Origin: Octopus sinensis
Lineage: Eukaryota
NCBI RefSeq assembly: GCF_006345805.1
Contig: NW_021833148.1
Coordinates: 1-28,880 of the forward strand
Reading direction: 5' to 3'
DNA length: 28,880 bases
Shown here: positions 1 to 28,880 of the stretch, piece by piece
Layout: each line of letters begins with the position of its first letter
How positions within the stretch are numbered: position 1 is the first letter of the stretch
The notes under the pieces: model-generated
Told to the model about the DNA's origin: nothing
The model's input: only the letters and a program-made list of their open reading frames with translations
Database searches by the model: none
Program-made: the position numbers and the translations under genes

Positions 1-86
1 TATAATCTATAATCGATCTATATATTTCTCGTCAATCATCTGTCGTCTATCATATCATCTATTATCAATCATTTTATCAACTCATA

Positions 87-348
87 AAATAAATAATAAA
101 TGCGCCCTTTTAAAGCCTAGCTAGGCTCATGGACCCGGTTTTCCAGTTTCAATGGCGTATGTGTTCCCCAGCTGGACGGGACGCCAGTCCATCGCAGCGT
201 TACTCATTTTTGCCAGCTGAGTGGACTGGAGAAACGTGAAGTGAAGTGTTTGCTCAAGAACACAACGCGTCGCCCGGTCCAGGAATCGAAACCACAATCG
301 TACGATCATAATGTTGACACCCTAACCACTAAGCCACGCGCTTCCACC
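87..348 (-). mobile_element. tRNA-derived SINE, family A, full length with 13-bp target site duplication
   Basis: Minus strand: A-box TGGCTTAGTGG, B-box GGTTTCGATTCC, (TTA/TTT)-rich tail. TTATCAACTCATA is repeated at 74-86 and 349-361. Confidence 0.88.
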
Positions 349-391
349 TTATCAACTCATACATCATCTTTATTCTATTGGCAACACATTG

Positions 392-860
392 GCCGAGTCG
401 TTAGAGCATCGGACAGAATATCTTTACGGCTATTTGTTCCAATTCACTACACTCTGAGTTCAAATCCCGCCGATTTTATCAATTTTCTCGTTCATGTTCG
501 AACTATGGATTGACAGAACTGTAAGAAAGTCGAGCTAAATTAATGATTGATATTAGCTCCAGTTCTCTTCGCTCTGAGTTCAAATTCTGCCATGGTCAAC
601 TGTGACTTTCATCCTTTCTACACCAATATAAAAGTACTTAATCCAGACCAATGGATCAGTGGATTTGTTCGAAAGTCAGGACCAGACATCTTGTGGTAGT
701 ATTTGTTCTAAACCTCTACATTCTCAGTTCAAGTCCCTCTGAGATCAGGTTTGCTTTTCATCCTTGTCGGATCGATGAAAGAAAGTGTAGCATTCCAAGA
801 CGCTGGATTTTCCGAGGGGTAAGAGCATCGGACTGAACATCTTGCGGTATTTGTTCATAT
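392..860 (+). mobile_element. Cluster of about four degenerate SINE family B fragments
   Basis: Recurrent blocks gttagagcatcggac, ctctgagttcaaat and tttcatccttt match the intact copy at 8607-8837. Confidence 0.6.
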
Positions 861-1040
861 CCATCCATTGCCTGCTTGAATGTGAATGAAATTATAGAAG
901 AAGGAGAAGAAGAATTGGAAGAAGAAGATTAAGCATTTTCTGCAAAAAGTTTTAGTCTTTTACCAAACTAAAAAAATTGATTACGGAGATGTACTTGCAT
1001 AGCGAGTGACTTGATCTGAGATCGTGCGCTGGAACGAAAA

Positions 1041-1343
1041 CAATCGCAGCGTGGAAACTGTTTTTAAGCCATTTAAGAAACACACAAAAACCGTTAGATT
1101 CACTTCAACGTTTAAAGTTAATTTGTCAAAATATTTTCCTCGCTTTGAGACCGCGACCTGTTCACTGACAAAATTCCGTGCTGCATATATATATATATAC
1201 AATTGCAGCGTGGAAGGTGTTTATAAGCCATTTAAGAAACACACAAAAACCGTTAGATTCACTTCAACATTTGAATTTAATTTGTCAAAATATTTTCGTC
1301 GCTTTGAGACCGCGACCTGTTCACTGACAAAATTCCGTGCTGC

Positions 1344-1399
<56 letters not shown>

Positions 1400-1492
1400 A
1401 TTGCAGCATGGAAGGTGTTTATAAGCCATTTAAGAAACACACAAAAACCGTTAGATTCACTTCAACATTTAAATTTAATTTCTCAAAATATT
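1041..1492. repeat. Tandem array of a ~145-160 bp unit (2.6 copies) separated by (TA)n
   Basis: Units start at 1041, 1200 and 1398 (caat[c/t]gcagc[g/a]tggaa...aagccatttaagaaacacacaaaaaccgttagattcacttcaac...). Confidence 0.92.
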
Positions 1493-1631
1493 TAATATTA
1501 ATATATTTTTTTAAAAAGATGTCTAACCGATCTACGCCTTTGAATTCAATGTTTGTTTTTTTAGAATTTTTTTTTTGTGCGTGTGTATATGATTTAATAG
1601 TTGTTGTTTAACTACTTCCGGTCTCTTGCAG

Positions 1632-27981
<26,350 letters not shown>

Positions 27982-28053
27982 GTAGGTCCTGGCCAAAATG
28001 TTCTCAATTTGTCCTTCAAACGCTTTAATTAATTAATTAATTTTTCGTCATGC

Positions 28054-28192
28054 ACAAACAATACAAAAGACGGAGACGGGTGTGTAAACAGCAAACAGAT
28101 GTATTAGTTTAACGCTGGGGAAGTGAGAAAATCTTTTACGTTTCGAGCCTAAGCTCTTCAACAGAAAGGAACATAGAAATAAGCAATGAGAA
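28054..28192 (-). mobile_element. Penelope-like element terminal fragment, copy 2
   Basis: Homologous to 5966-6131. Confidence 0.6.
28133..28168 (-). ncRNA. Minimal hammerhead-like motif with U6 variant core
   Basis: CUUU-CUGUUGA-a-GAGC(UUAG)GCUC-GAAAC-GUA^AAAG; 4-bp stem I, 4-bp stem II, palindromic ACGU stem III. Confidence 0.5.
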
Positions 28193-28249
<57 letters not shown>

Positions 28250-28412
28250 ATACTATATATATATATATATATATTTGTCAAAATAAAAACATGTGCAAAG
28301 GATTTAGCGATACATATGTTTCGGGCCTTTATTAGACGGTTTATAACAATGCATAATTGATGTAAATGTGTGTCTATAGCCTTCTTCAGCCGGATATATA
28401 TATATATATATA

Positions 28413-28475
28413 TCCGGGGTCGTAAACACATCAACCCGGTCAAGCAGCGGTGGGGAACAAAGACACACAAACTCA
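28413..28475 (-). mobile_element. Diverged SINE family C body fragment
   Basis: ccggggtcgtaaacacatcaac...ggggaacaaagacacacaaac resembles 9420-9490. Confidence 0.55.
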
Positions 28476-28739
28476 CACATATAAAACGGCATGCGGATAT
28501 ATGCATGCCAACTCACGCATACACACACACACATACACAAACACACACATACTTATATATACACACACAACACACACATGCACACACACACGCACGCACA
28601 CACACACACACACACACGTACATATACACTGGTGTGCGGGAACACCCACACTCACCCTCCTACAACAATCACCCACCCACACACAAACCTTTCCCCTCAC
28701 ACCGCCACTGTCAGCTTTGGCTAACAATTGCGATCACAT

Positions 28740-28880
28740 TCTTCTTCTTCTTCTCCTTTTTTCTTCTTCTTCTTTTTCTTCTCCTTTTCTTCTTCTTCTT
28801 CTCCTTTTTTCTCCTTCTTCTTCTTCTTCTTCTTCTTTTCTCTTCTTCTTCTTCTTCTTCTTCTTCTTCTCCTTCTTGCT
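28740..28880. repeat. (CTT)n microsatellite running off the window
   Basis: Directly visible. Confidence 0.95.

Noticed and set aside
1024-1611. 195-aa ORF with three internal repeats
   Set aside because: Translation of the tandem DNA repeat and (TA)n; no splice or domain support.

Overview
AT-rich, microsatellite-saturated animal genomic DNA. The SINE families and repeat content point to a cephalopod, probably Octopus (inference). The window lies entirely inside one + strand multi-exon gene encoding a divergent inositol 1,4,5-trisphosphate receptor (ITPR/IP3R)-like Ca2+ release channel. I assembled 14 internal exons (1632-27981). Exons 1-13 splice with GT-AG ends and compatible phases into 549 uninterrupted codons covering the central ARM/RIH regulatory region. 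Exon 14 fits only if one base is missing (apparent frameshift near 27920). Start and stop codons lie outside the window. The introns contain four tRNA-derived SINE families, a CR1-clade LINE fragment, two copies of one internally deleted mariner, a hAT MITE, canonical non-autonomous Helitrons, Penelope-like ends carrying minimal hammerhead-ribozyme motifs, a nest of R4/Dong-type and other retroelement pieces in (TAA)n tracts, two perfect fold-back palindromes (59-bp and 100-bp arms) abutting (TA)n tracts, and an inverted SINE pair. Most ORFs in the supplied track are translations of microsatellites. Coordinates were counted by hand, and all family assignments rest on recalled motifs rather than database searches.
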